Shown here: in pieces, positions 12,253-22,358 of the stretch
Position numbering within the stretch: position 1 is the stretch's first letter
Layout: each line of letters begins with the position of its first letter
Assembly: GCA_008632985.1 (NCBI GenBank)
Contig: QPGO01000153.1
Location: forward strand, 124,001 to 182,534
Origin: Psammoneis japonica
Lineage: Eukaryota
DNA: 58,534 nucleotides
Reading direction: 5' to 3'
Position numbers and translations under genes: made by a program
Notes under the pieces: model-generated
Told to the model about the DNA's origin: nothing
Database searches by the model: none
The model's input: the letters and a program-made list of their open reading frames with translations, nothing else

Positions 12253-12913
12253 TCATGACCCAGTCCCGACCTGAACTAAGGCCTCTAACGCCGCCCGACT
12301 TGCCTTATATTCAAGAATCGGATCCTCATAATAGCTACGAATCAGTTCTTTTGTCGCCCCAGTCTTTCCCTCGGTTGTAATTGGATTGAAAACATTATTG
12401 TAAACCGCCATGTCGAGAAATCGCAAGTGAGTCGATGCCTCTTCCCGTGCCTCGAGAGCCTCCAACTCATCAAACCCCGCATCTCCAACCGCCTCAGCAT
12501 ATTTTTGTAGCAGCGGTTTGCCCGTCTTTGCCCAACAATCCGAAAGTGGTGGTGTAATGAGAATGGCACGCACCGAATCCCACTGTTCTTTTTCGATCAA
12601 GGCCGGGACTGCTTCAAGTTGGGATTGGGCTTGTTTGACTTGTTCCAACAATGGATCCAGCGACGACGAGTCAGCAAGACAATATTTGGAGAAGATACAG
12701 TTATAGCCAGGCAGCTTAGAATGTCGCTAATGACCTGACGCCGCTGACGATTCTCGCTGGTTTCAACATGTGTGGTGATTGTGAGGCAAACGCGACTGGT
12801 TTGCGTCTAGCAGCAGCGGTCTTGTGTTGTGTTGATAATGATGTGCCCAAGAAAGCGCCGCTTGGTAAGCAGAGAGCTGCCAATGTCACAACGATGGTTG
12901 CAAGCCTTGTCAT
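12253..12913 (-). CDS. Thylakoid lumen protein, PsbQ-like (signal peptide, transit peptide, twin-arginine signal)
   Basis: SGA-FLG presequence. Repairing two 1-nt frameshifts gives ENRQRRQVI..hydrophobic..CLA/DSS, then a helical mature domain (LIEKEQWDSVRAIL). Confidence 0.6.
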
Positions 12914-13411
12914 CTTCTGTCGTCAATCAAAGCGTCCCGACATCATCCATCATCGATGATGATGGATGATAGATTTTGGGATTGAAGATCAAAAAGAATA
13001 TCCAAGATATCCAAGATCATCAGATAGAGTCCATCGGGTCGTTCCATTGGTCCCCGCTTAGAGACAGACAACCCCCCTCTCCCCCCCTTTCTAACGAAAC
13101 ACATACTTTGGAATAACAAAAAGCTTCGGGGGGGATGGAGTTGTGGCTAAAACTTGAGATACTCTTTGCCTGCACTGCATCCGGTAGGCAGATGTCTAAA
13201 GATGAAAACGATGTCCTGCAACTATTGTAATCTCCTCGTTGCTGACAAAATGCAGGGAACGAATAATCTACCAGGTATGTGGTTACTTTCGTCCCATTTG
13301 GCTCTCTATGTGCGACTTTCAGCACACGTCAATGAACCAAGGAACTTTGCCGCCATGATTTTCCAAATGTCTCCGCCACACTGTTTCATTTAAAAAAAAT
13401 AACGTATTAAT

Positions 13412-14901
13412 CTAGAACTGGAACACGCGAACAGAATCCTTCTCACCATAGCTACTAGCTGCAACTCCAACGCGATCCCCATTAAAAGACAGAGAAAGCG
13501 AGATATCAGAAGGGTCGCCGGTGCCATCCGGAATTATTGTCCTTCCGTAGCTAGACCAAATTCCATTCTGAAATCTAAACACACGAACAGCTGACGATTC
13601 TTCAGTCACTGCGAGCACTTCTCCATCTCCGGAAAAGGCCATGGGGAATCGAGTAGCTGTGTTTTCCACATCTACCGGCACTCCAAGAGGTTTCCAGCCG
13701 CCATCATTGTTATCCTCGAGAACAGTGGTCCGAACCGTTGTCGAATTATTGATAACCACTTTACAGGAATAGGCAATGCGCTGCCCGTCGTGGGCCATCG
13801 CAACGGCACGCAGGTGTTTGAAACAATCGCCGCCTTCGGACTCAAAACCAGAGTCAATGATTCCAATCACATTCCAAGCTTCACTGCCGTCACTCGGCTG
13901 CTCATAGATTTTGATGTCACTGCTCGAGCCAACCAAAACGCGACGCCCGTCCGAAGAAATGGCTAGTCTTGTAGTCTTCTCGTGATAACTGATATGACTG
14001 GCGACTGGATTCCAAGTACTGTCTTCGCCATTGAACTGCACTACTTGTACCGAGAACTTTCCACTGTCGTCATTCTTTGTTTCTATAATCATTCGTGAGC
14101 CGTCCGCACTCATCGCCATGGCGTTGGCAATGTGATTGGAGTTCCCATCGTTAGCGGTGGCCAGCTCGCGCCATTCTTCTTTAGCGCTGTTTTCTGGACT
14201 TCGTTGAAAGGTGATTAGCTCACTTGGATCTGATGACTGATCAAGGAATACTACAAGACTAGCGTCACCTGACAAGGCGATAGAGGATGCGTTTCTCATC
14301 ACCGATTCAGTGTCAGACTCGCAGTTGTGTGAATCAAATTTGAGATCCCACCTTTTCGACGAAGACAATTTGAAGAGCCTTACTCGTCCGGTTTCTTTCC
14401 ATTTGCGTCATCTTCATCATCACTTGGAGAAATGGGGGTCGCCGACAACAACGCCATCGTTCTGCCATCGTCGGAAAGGACGATGCCTATTCTCGATGAC
14501 ATTACATGGCGAGGCTCGTCATCAAGACTAAGATTGCCAACAGGAAGCCATGTTGTCGAAGTCCAATAGAACCACAGGAAAATCATAACAACTCCAAATA
14601 GAATCCAGACAATGGTCCTCTTTCGAAACACAATAACATACCATGCCTTGTGTTCGATGACATCGAAAAATTCATCTTCTCCGATTTCATCCCGGGGAAT
14701 TTCAACAACATTGATGCAGGCCTCGTCTGCCAGTTCTTTTTCATCGCGCTCCTCTTCCTCTTCATTCACGTTGAGATCAACGGACGTGTAGACGCTCTTC
14801 ATGGCCAGTTTCTTCATGGGCATGTCGGGTCTGTGGATCTGCCTTGACACTTCAAAATTTCTTTGTTTGATATGCTCAGCTCTGGGACGCGGTGGCGGCA
14901 A
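13412..14901 (-). CDS. Type II membrane protein with beta-propeller (WD40/FG-GAP-like) repeats
   Basis: TM helix, then repeated xxLSxDGxxxx..VRVF units; ORFs 14380-14901 and 13412-14368 join with one missing base (GKETGRVRLF). Start uncertain. Confidence 0.7.
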
Positions 14902-15264
14902 AAAAGTGGATGGAGGTTATAAATAGTTCAGACATGAAAACGTTGAATTCTCATGCACGACTGCAACGGAAGACACGAATGAAAATTTTGAGTTCATTCT
15001 CATGTCTATGATCATGAATACGAAAATAACAAAATTTCGATTGCTACTTTTTGTCCGTTATCGCATACTTAAAAATATATATACCGTATACTCGTATGAT
15101 TCTGAATATTGTAGTAAAAGTCTCATGCCCCTCTATGCCAGATTGAAGATGCGGTCATTTTACAGCTTTTGCAGTAAGGCAGAAAGATCGTGCGAAGTCA
15201 TCCTCATTTTTCTTGCTTCTCGCGACGTGGCGGCAGTTTCCAGTTTCCGCTCTCCTGTTCCACG

Positions 15265-17249
15265 ATGACGAGAGAAGGTGGCGGCACCCTCAACGTTGGT
15301 AGCAGTGCTCCCTCAAGAGATTCTCAAGTACTTACTGAGGATGGAGAGCCCCTCAGAAACAGCAGTCTGGAGGACGCAGCAAACAATTTGTATTGTCCTC
15401 AAAAGGTTCTCATGTACTCGCTGAGGAAGGAGAGCCACTCAGAAACCGCAGTCAGAAAGAGGCTGTAAACAAAGTGTACGATAACGCCGAGAAAGGGCAA
15501 GACGGCGGCGAATTGGAGAAAGGACAAGATGATGATGAATTTGAATGGGTAGAATTGACGGAGGATATATACAGTCTCATTTTCACAGCTCCCTATCGAA
15601 GCTGGGGCTTTCTATTCTGTATCTTTATTTTTCTTTTTCAATTAACATTCATTGCCTTGGTTTTGTGGGACCTTCTGGACCATTACGACAATGAATCTAA
15701 TCCACTTAACGTTCCGCCTGGGGTAACGATACAGGTGCAAGTTGCTGCGGCAATGGCTTTACTACTGGCAGTTGCAACGCAGGGCGATGTCATTGTAGCT
15801 GCTATATTTTTACAACAAGGATATAATCCGAATGTACAAGAAGATTTCCCGAGCGCTACTAGATTCAAGTGGTTCTTGTCGGGTGGCAGTCAGTTTGTAG
15901 CTGGCTCGTCGTTTCTTTTGACAATCTTTGTGTTGGTAATGCAAAGCAGTGATGTTGTCGGCATGATGCTCAATTTTGCTGCATTGTCTTTTATTACGGA
16001 GATCGATGAGGTAGCCTTTGCAATGGCAAAGAACGGTTTTATTACAAATTCGTTGGAGCAACAGGTGAATGAGGTGATGGAATTCAGAATGCCGGTGCGA
16101 CGGACAACGAATCTACTGAGGAGAATGATCTTCCTTTTTATATTTTTTGGATTAATGACTGGCTATGCCGTCATCACGCAGCAGCAACGTGCGGGGAGAT
16201 TTCTGTGCCAGTCCATCTTCTTGCAACTTGGTGACAGTTTCTTTCCTGTTGCGTCATCCTTCTCTGGTATTTACGATCAGCAAAGCACTCTAATAAATGA
16301 CCGTGTAACGTACATTGAACGGACAACAAAGCGGGGAATGCTGGCATATTGCAAAGAAGAACACGCGTGGACCCTCACAACTTGGGATGATATTGAAGAC
16401 GATGACTTCCTTGCAGACCCTTGCGAGTGGGATGCTAGATCTCCAAGGACCCAGTCGTTTGACATTATATCGACAGCCGAATCAACATGGCTTATTTCCC
16501 AAACTGAGTCATCAAGGTCTCTCCCTCTCCAGACCTTTGAAATGTACTGTGCTGATTGTGAGCACGACGAAGACCCATGTAGCGGCCATGGAGAGTGCAT
16601 CAACAACAAATGCGTTTGTGATGACTACTCCTCTGGAGTCACTTGTGTGCAGGAATATCCCTGTGCCATTTTAGCAGTGGATGAGAGGACCAGCCGCTTT
16701 CCTGATGTTGAAGGACTGGATCTCGCGTCACATGTATACGGACTCTTGTTGGATGATGATGGGCACCTAGTAACGGTCTACGAGAAACCCGTGTTTGTTT
16801 TTGACCACGGTGGCTACTGGAGTGTCATTATGTTTACAGGAAGGCGCTGGATTTTTACGCTTTCGTTTTTCTTTGACACGTTGTTAGACAACGTTACATT
16901 CCCTGTGGACGCCAGCAAAAGCGAGGTCATTGATTTCCTTCGTAGCTATCATGCGTACTACCGGCCAATCATTGGCTTTTTCATCAGTGATCCTATGGAT
17001 GTAGGAACTCCGACAGACAAGGCGTCGCCAGTGGGACTCGGGTGGCACCGCACGAAACCACACACAATACTCGCTGACGTGTCTAATGTGATTGACACCA
17101 GTCAAGGAATTGGCACTGTGTTTCTTTGCTCTGTATGCGACTATGAGTCCAACAATTGCGGCTTTGGAGGCTCCTGCAACGAAAACAGTCTCTGCGAATG
17201 TGATGAGGGCTACAATGGGACATTATGCGAGGTTTCGCCATTCTCGTAG
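15265..17249 (+). CDS. Multi-pass membrane protein with C-terminal EGF-like domains, paralog 1
   Basis: Several hydrophobic helices, LNFAALSFITEIDEVAF motif, CSGHGECINNKCVC and CECDEGYNGTLCE; frameshift near 15390. Confidence 0.8.
15321..15480 (+). repeat. Internal tandem duplication (~86-87 bp unit, 2 copies) in the N-terminus of paralog 1
   Basis: SQVLTEDGEPLRNSS vs SHVLAEEGEPLRNRS; nucleotide similarity visible. Confidence 0.75.
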
Positions 17250-17592
17250 ACGTCGAAACTTTATACTAGAGTAGAGCATGCAGACAGCACCCTATCAAAG
17301 CTCGAGCTTTTCAAAAGGAGATCGTACCATAGCTACCGGTACTTATCCAGACTATGCTCTAGAGTTTTGTGAAAATGACTCACTTTACATTTCTCTTGAA
17401 TCGTTTCAAATTTTTGGAATTTCGGATTGTGCCGGCGCGCGAATCTCAGATCCTTCGAAGTAGAGAAAATAACAATAAGAAACGGAACAAACGTCGTCTG
17501 TTTTATTGAAGTGCTCTTGTGAACTGGTGACAAAAGCCATCACTGTAAATAATTATTTCGCCAGACCTTCGCCGCACTTGCGATCCGACATC

Positions 17593-19551
17593 ATGAATAC
17601 TAAAGCTGTTTCGATCGACAGCTTGACTGACGAAGGCAAAGTAGATCCCGAGAAAGGGAGCCTGATCAGTCCACAGATTGCTGCAGGTTCCACTCACGAT
17701 ATCTCCCAAGATGCAGAAGAAGAACCTCCTGTTGTTGGACAAGATCTCAAGAACAAGGCAGTTCTCTCGGGCACGGAAGAAGATTCCATTTTCAAGAGCG
17801 AAAGCACTGTGGTCGCTAAAGAGGAAGACATCGAATGGGTGGAGCTGACCGAGGATGTTTTCAGTCTGATTTTTACGTGTCACTACCACAGCGCTGGTTT
17901 GGCCTTTTGCTTGTTCGCGATATCAATTCAAATGGCGATTGTAGGTTTGATACTGGCGGATCTCTTTTACCATTACGACTTTGATTATAATCCATTTAGC
18001 ATCCCTGCAGGCGTTTCCATTTCGGTGAAAGTGGCGAGTGCACTGGCGTTGCTACTGGCGGTCGCAACGCAGGACGATGTTCTGACTGCGCTTGTGTTTT
18101 TCCAACATGGATACGATCCAATGGTGCTGGAAGTCAATCCAAGCGCTACTAAATTTAAGTGGGTCTTATCAGGCACTTGTCAGCTCCTGGCAGGATCGGG
18201 GTTGCTATTGACAATCTTTATTTTGGTAATGCAAAGCAGTACTGTCGTGAATATGATGCTAAACTTTGCTGCTTTGTCCTTCATCTCGGAAATCGATGAC
18301 GTGGCTTTTGCATTGGCAAAGCGCGGCTTCATTACCGATTCGGTGGAACGACAAGTCAATGAAGTGGCAGAAATCAGAATGCGTTCCAAACGCAAATCTA
18401 AAATACCACGAAGGGTGGGGTTCTTACTGGTCTTTTCTGGCCTCATGGTGGGCTTTGGTGTACTTACGCATCAACAATATTCAGGAAGGTTCTTGTGCCA
18501 GTCGATCTATCTTCAGGTTGGTGATAGCTTCTTTCCTGCCACTGCAACCCTTTCAGGGATATATGACCAGACTGACACCATTGTCAACAACCGAGTAACC
18601 TACATCGAACGACGGTTCAAACAGAGCATGCTTGGATACTGTCGGAAAGAATTTGCCTGGACCCTTTCGGTTTGGAACGGCACAAGTGATAGAGAAAATT
18701 CGAAGCAAAACCCTTGCTCATGGGTAGCAAGATCCGAAAGGACAGAATCATTTGATGTCATACCAACCGCCGATTCGGAGTGGCTTATTTCTCAAACGTC
18801 GGGCTCGAGAGTCATGCCATTGCAGACTTTCAACATGTTTTGTGGGGACTGTCATGGCCACGATTTCGAATGTGGCCGCCTTGGCGAGTGTATCAACAAC
18901 GAGTGTGACTGTTATGACACCTCCTTCGGCCCTACTTGTGCCCAAAGTTATCCGTGCGAAAGGCTCGCTGTGGATCTAAACTCATTGCCCTTTCCCAGCT
19001 TTACTGGGTTCGGTGTCGTACCTGATAGGTTCGAATTGCTACGAGAGGAAAATGGTGACTTGGTCACGGTATACGAAAAGCCAGTGTATGTGTTCAATCA
19101 CGACGGCGAATACTGGACTGTTATTTTGTTTTCGGGTAGACGATGGATAGTCACATTTTCCTACCTCTTTGACGCATTGATTAACGACTTCACATTCCCA
19201 CAAAATGCTACTCGCACTCAAGTCATTGATTTCCTCTGGAACTACCATGGATTCTTTACGCCTGTATTTGGCGCTTTTGTAAGCGATCCTATGGATGCTG
19301 GTACTCCTTCTGATAAGTCAAGTCCTGTTGGATTGCAGTGGTACAGAACCAGAACAAAATCTGGTTTGTCCATTTTGTTCAATGAGCGCGATTCAACCCA
19401 ATCCGTTGGGACTCAACTCCTATGTTCCGTTTGTGATGACCGATCCAATGCTTGTGGAATAGCTGGAACTGGCGGGAACTGTACCGCTGATGGTGTCTGC
19501 AAATGCGAGGTGGGTTTCAATGGAACCATGTGCGAGCTTAAGTCTGTATAG
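17593..19551 (+). CDS. Multi-pass membrane protein with C-terminal EGF-like domains, paralog 2 (tandem duplicate)
   Basis: Colinear with 15265-17249 (EWVELTED, LNFAALSFISEIDDVAF, FLCQSI, VTVYEKPV, SDPMD.GTP.DK.SPVGL.W). Confidence 0.85.
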   Translation: MNTKAVSIDSLTDEGKVDPEKGSLISPQIAAGSTHDISQDAEEEPPVVGQDLKNKAVLSGTEEDSIFKSESTVVAKEEDIEWVELTEDVFSLIFTCHYHSAGLAFCLFAISIQMAIVGLILADLFYHYDFDYNPFSIPAGVSISVKVASALALLLAVATQDDVLTALVFFQHGYDPMVLEVNPSATKFKWVLSGTCQLLAGSGLLLTIFILVMQSSTVVNMMLNFAALSFISEIDDVAFALAKRGFITDSVERQVNEVAEIRMRSKRKSKIPRRVGFLLVFSGLMVGFGVLTHQQYSGRFLCQSIYLQVGDSFFPATATLSGIYDQTDTIVNNRVTYIERRFKQSMLGYCRKEFAWTLSVWNGTSDRENSKQNPCSWVARSERTESFDVIPTADSEWLISQTSGSRVMPLQTFNMFCGDCHGHDFECGRLGECINNECDCYDTSFGPTCAQSYPCERLAVDLNSLPFPSFTGFGVVPDRFELLREENGDLVTVYEKPVYVFNHDGEYWTVILFSGRRWIVTFSYLFDALINDFTFPQNATRTQVIDFLWNYHGFFTPVFGAFVSDPMDAGTPSDKSSPVGLQWYRTRTKSGLSILFNERDSTQSVGTQLLCSVCDDRSNACGIAGTGGNCTADGVCKCEVGFNGTMCELKSV

Positions 19552-19619
19552 CTGTGCGTTGTCAGTCTCAGGGTCTTCACACTATAAAAAAGTAGTTTCG
19601 TAGAAAGTAACGTTTTAGA

Positions 19620-20253
19620 ACTCCAATGCTGCTTCAGCACGCAACAACAAGCGCAGCACCAACTTTTTTCGGTTAGCTCAAATCAACCATTTCGCCTTCA
19701 ATTTGAGGCGTTCACTTCCTTTCCAGCTGGAAGGAGATGCTGAACTCAATTCAGCGATCCTAATTGAACAGCAGCATGGGATTTGTCAGAGCTGTCTGTG
19801 GCAGACACTTGATGCCGATTCACAAAATGGGTTTGTTGTTTTAGAGCAAACCAAAATGATGGCTTCAAAAAAATCCCAGGAAGCGACTGAAAAGGGTGAG
19901 AGCTCAGAGATTCATCCACTGGCAGGAGTCCATTGCATTGTCTGACAGCTCTCCTTTTTTGCACTCATTTCAAGCATTGGGATTGAAAGCAGCCAATCTG
20001 CCAACTGAAGGTTCCAAACTTTCCCTCTCCTTTTCAACAAGCTTGAGAGCTGGCTGGCCATCAACAGGAGTGCTGCTGGAGTTTCATCTGCAACCACCAA
20101 AGGTTGCCCATGCCATGACTTGTGTTGGATCCATTGACCTGTCTGGCTGGACAACAGAGAGTTCCAAGACTGCCACTCCCTCCTGCACTTGCATGATGTG
20201 CACAAGAAGACACTTGGACGGGTTCCAGTCCTAGGTGGGACTTTTTGTGACAT
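19620..20253 (-). pseudogene. Hypermutated ORF relic beginning MSQKVPPRTGTRP
   Basis: TAY/CpG-depleted; N-terminus matches the divergent relic starting at 20557. Confidence 0.45.
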
Positions 20254-20556
20254 TTGCCCCGTAGAATTCTACGTGCGAGCTCTGTAGTTCGTACTCTGGT
20301 TAATGCATATATTTATCTTCGACATAAAAAAACGGCCAAGTTTGTAGTACATCTATCCCTGTCTGTACTCGAAGTTTTGGACAATGCGCCTGCCCTACGC
20401 CATTCTTAAGACACTCGAGAATGGCGTAGAAGAAAAAAATATTAAAAGTTGTTCAATGGATAGCCCGATAATTGTACTATAAAATCATACAAAATTACGC
20501 CAAAATCACGTAGAAATGTACGTGCGCGACATACGACGCGATTCAAAAAACTATCG
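20254..20556. promoter_or_regulatory. Unmutated symmetric spacer (candidate bidirectional promoter) with a central hairpin
   Basis: 12-bp stem 20395-20406/20418-20429 at the centre; near-identical CGTAGAAwtsTACGTGCG motif at 20260-20277 and 20509-20526; TpA and CpG retained. Confidence 0.45.
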
Positions 20557-21200
20557 ATGTCACAGTTCAGTAGCACGAGGTCCCACCTAGACCTGGAACG
20601 CGTCCTTGGCCATTTCAGCAACATCAGCAGTGGCAAACTCCAGCACAACTTCAGCATTGTCAACCATGATGAAACATCTTTCATTGTCATTGACATTTAA
20701 GCAGGTTGTGTGGGCAGTGCCATGGCTGCCTGTTCTGCAACAAGCGACCATGCAGAGTCACAAGGCCTGCTTGTTGTAAGAGGGGTGTCTCAAGAAATGT
20801 GAGAGAAAATTCACAATTTTCTGCACACAAGCAGCAGCTGGTGTGTGTCCCATGTGCTGTGCATTCTCTGGCATGCAATGGGAGCTGGTGTCAAACCCCA
20901 TGCCATTTTGTTCTAAGAGCCGCCGCAGATCAGACACACAGCATGGCTGGCAGACTTGTTGCCATTTGACATGCCGAGAACAGTGGCAACATTTGAGGGC
21001 ATGCACCAGAGGCTGTTCAAGTCCACATTCACTCTAGAAAGTTCCTTGTCACACATTGTCACATGGTGTCATGCTTGCACTCTCTGCGTGCCATTTTGGG
21101 TGGCGGCATTTCGGGGTGGGGGTGAGGAGAGCTGCTGCTTTCTGTGTGCGCACACGAACACAAAACAAGTCAAAGCTTGAGCAAATTCTGCTGGTCTCTC
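20557..21200 (+). pseudogene. Hypermutated ORF relic beginning MSQ..VPPRPGTRP
   Basis: 20580-20605 is an inverted copy of 20216-20241; downstream sequence is TAY/CpG-depleted. Confidence 0.45.
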
Positions 21201-21484
21201 CTTTCCAAAGATGAGCAAAGCCTGCAACAAAGTAAAGAACAGTCAACATTCTTACGAAACAACAGGAGCCGGGTAAGTGTCACCACCAGCACCTGCCAGT
21301 GGAGACTGAGAACAAACACCACCACCAAAAGAACAAGACAGGAGGGACGGGCAGACCATTGGTTTTTTTTTCCGCAGGCTCTTGGCTGGGTTTCCTGCGA
21401 TCTGGATCGTTTCCTCTATCATCTGCAAATCTCTCATCTATTATATCTTATATCCAACAGCAATCCTTGTAGTCAGTACACACT

Positions 21485-21948
21485 ATGATTCCGTTTGTTT
21501 CTGATGCTGCAGCCATTGGTGCAGGTGCTGTATGCGGTGCACTCTGTCGGTATCAAGTAGGCCGGTATGCTGCCGACCGCATCGCCAGCAATCCAAAACG
21601 GTGGGGAGCGTATTCGGGTTGGCATACAGCCGGAATTAATGTATTGGGGAGCTTTTGTTTGGGTGCGGTTGCCGGTTCGCCGGTTGTACAGCCAACAACA
21701 GGTCAGCAAATAAGCACCACGGCCTTACCCAAAGTAATGCCATCTGGATTGACGCCTCGAGCAAACTCATGTTGGGAATTGGATTCTGTGGGTCTTTCAC
21801 CACGTTTAGTACTTATTCTGTGGATATTGTAACTTGGATTGCTGGTGGACAAGTCAAGAAAGCTTTATCCTATGCCATGGTGAATAATGTTGGATCCGTT
21901 TCTGCTGCAGCTGCTGGTATGATGCTTGTCAAGAGAATCTCCAAGTAA
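21485..21948 (+). CDS. crcB: Fluc/CrcB fluoride channel (single domain)
   Basis: GAVCGALCRY, TAGINVLGSF, GFCGSFTTFSTY signature; one missing A near 21763. Confidence 0.88.
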
Positions 21949-22358
21949 GAACAAGAAAGTGGGAAGCATTTGTTTGAAAGCAAAGTAGCCAAGTTTGGTC
22001 GTCCCTTCAATAAACAACAGAAATTATCAATTTGTCTTCTACTTCCAAAATGATGTTTGGTTTGTTTATTGACCGCATTCACCTCGGATACTCTGAAGCC
22101 TGGAACGAAAAGTAATAGTCTTGCATCGGGTTGAAATCCTGCTACAAAACTAACATGGTGAGATTCATTTCCGAACAAAAAAAACACAAACTTCCTTTGC
22201 TAACTTAAATGGGAACTAAACAAGCAGGTAACACGCAATCCAGAGGCAACATTGAACAATGAATCAATCCCTCGAGAACCACAACATGGATACAGAAGAG
22301 CGCGCAATTACTCAATTTTCACAAAGCAGAACCACCGCAGGAAGTTCCTTTGCTACTC

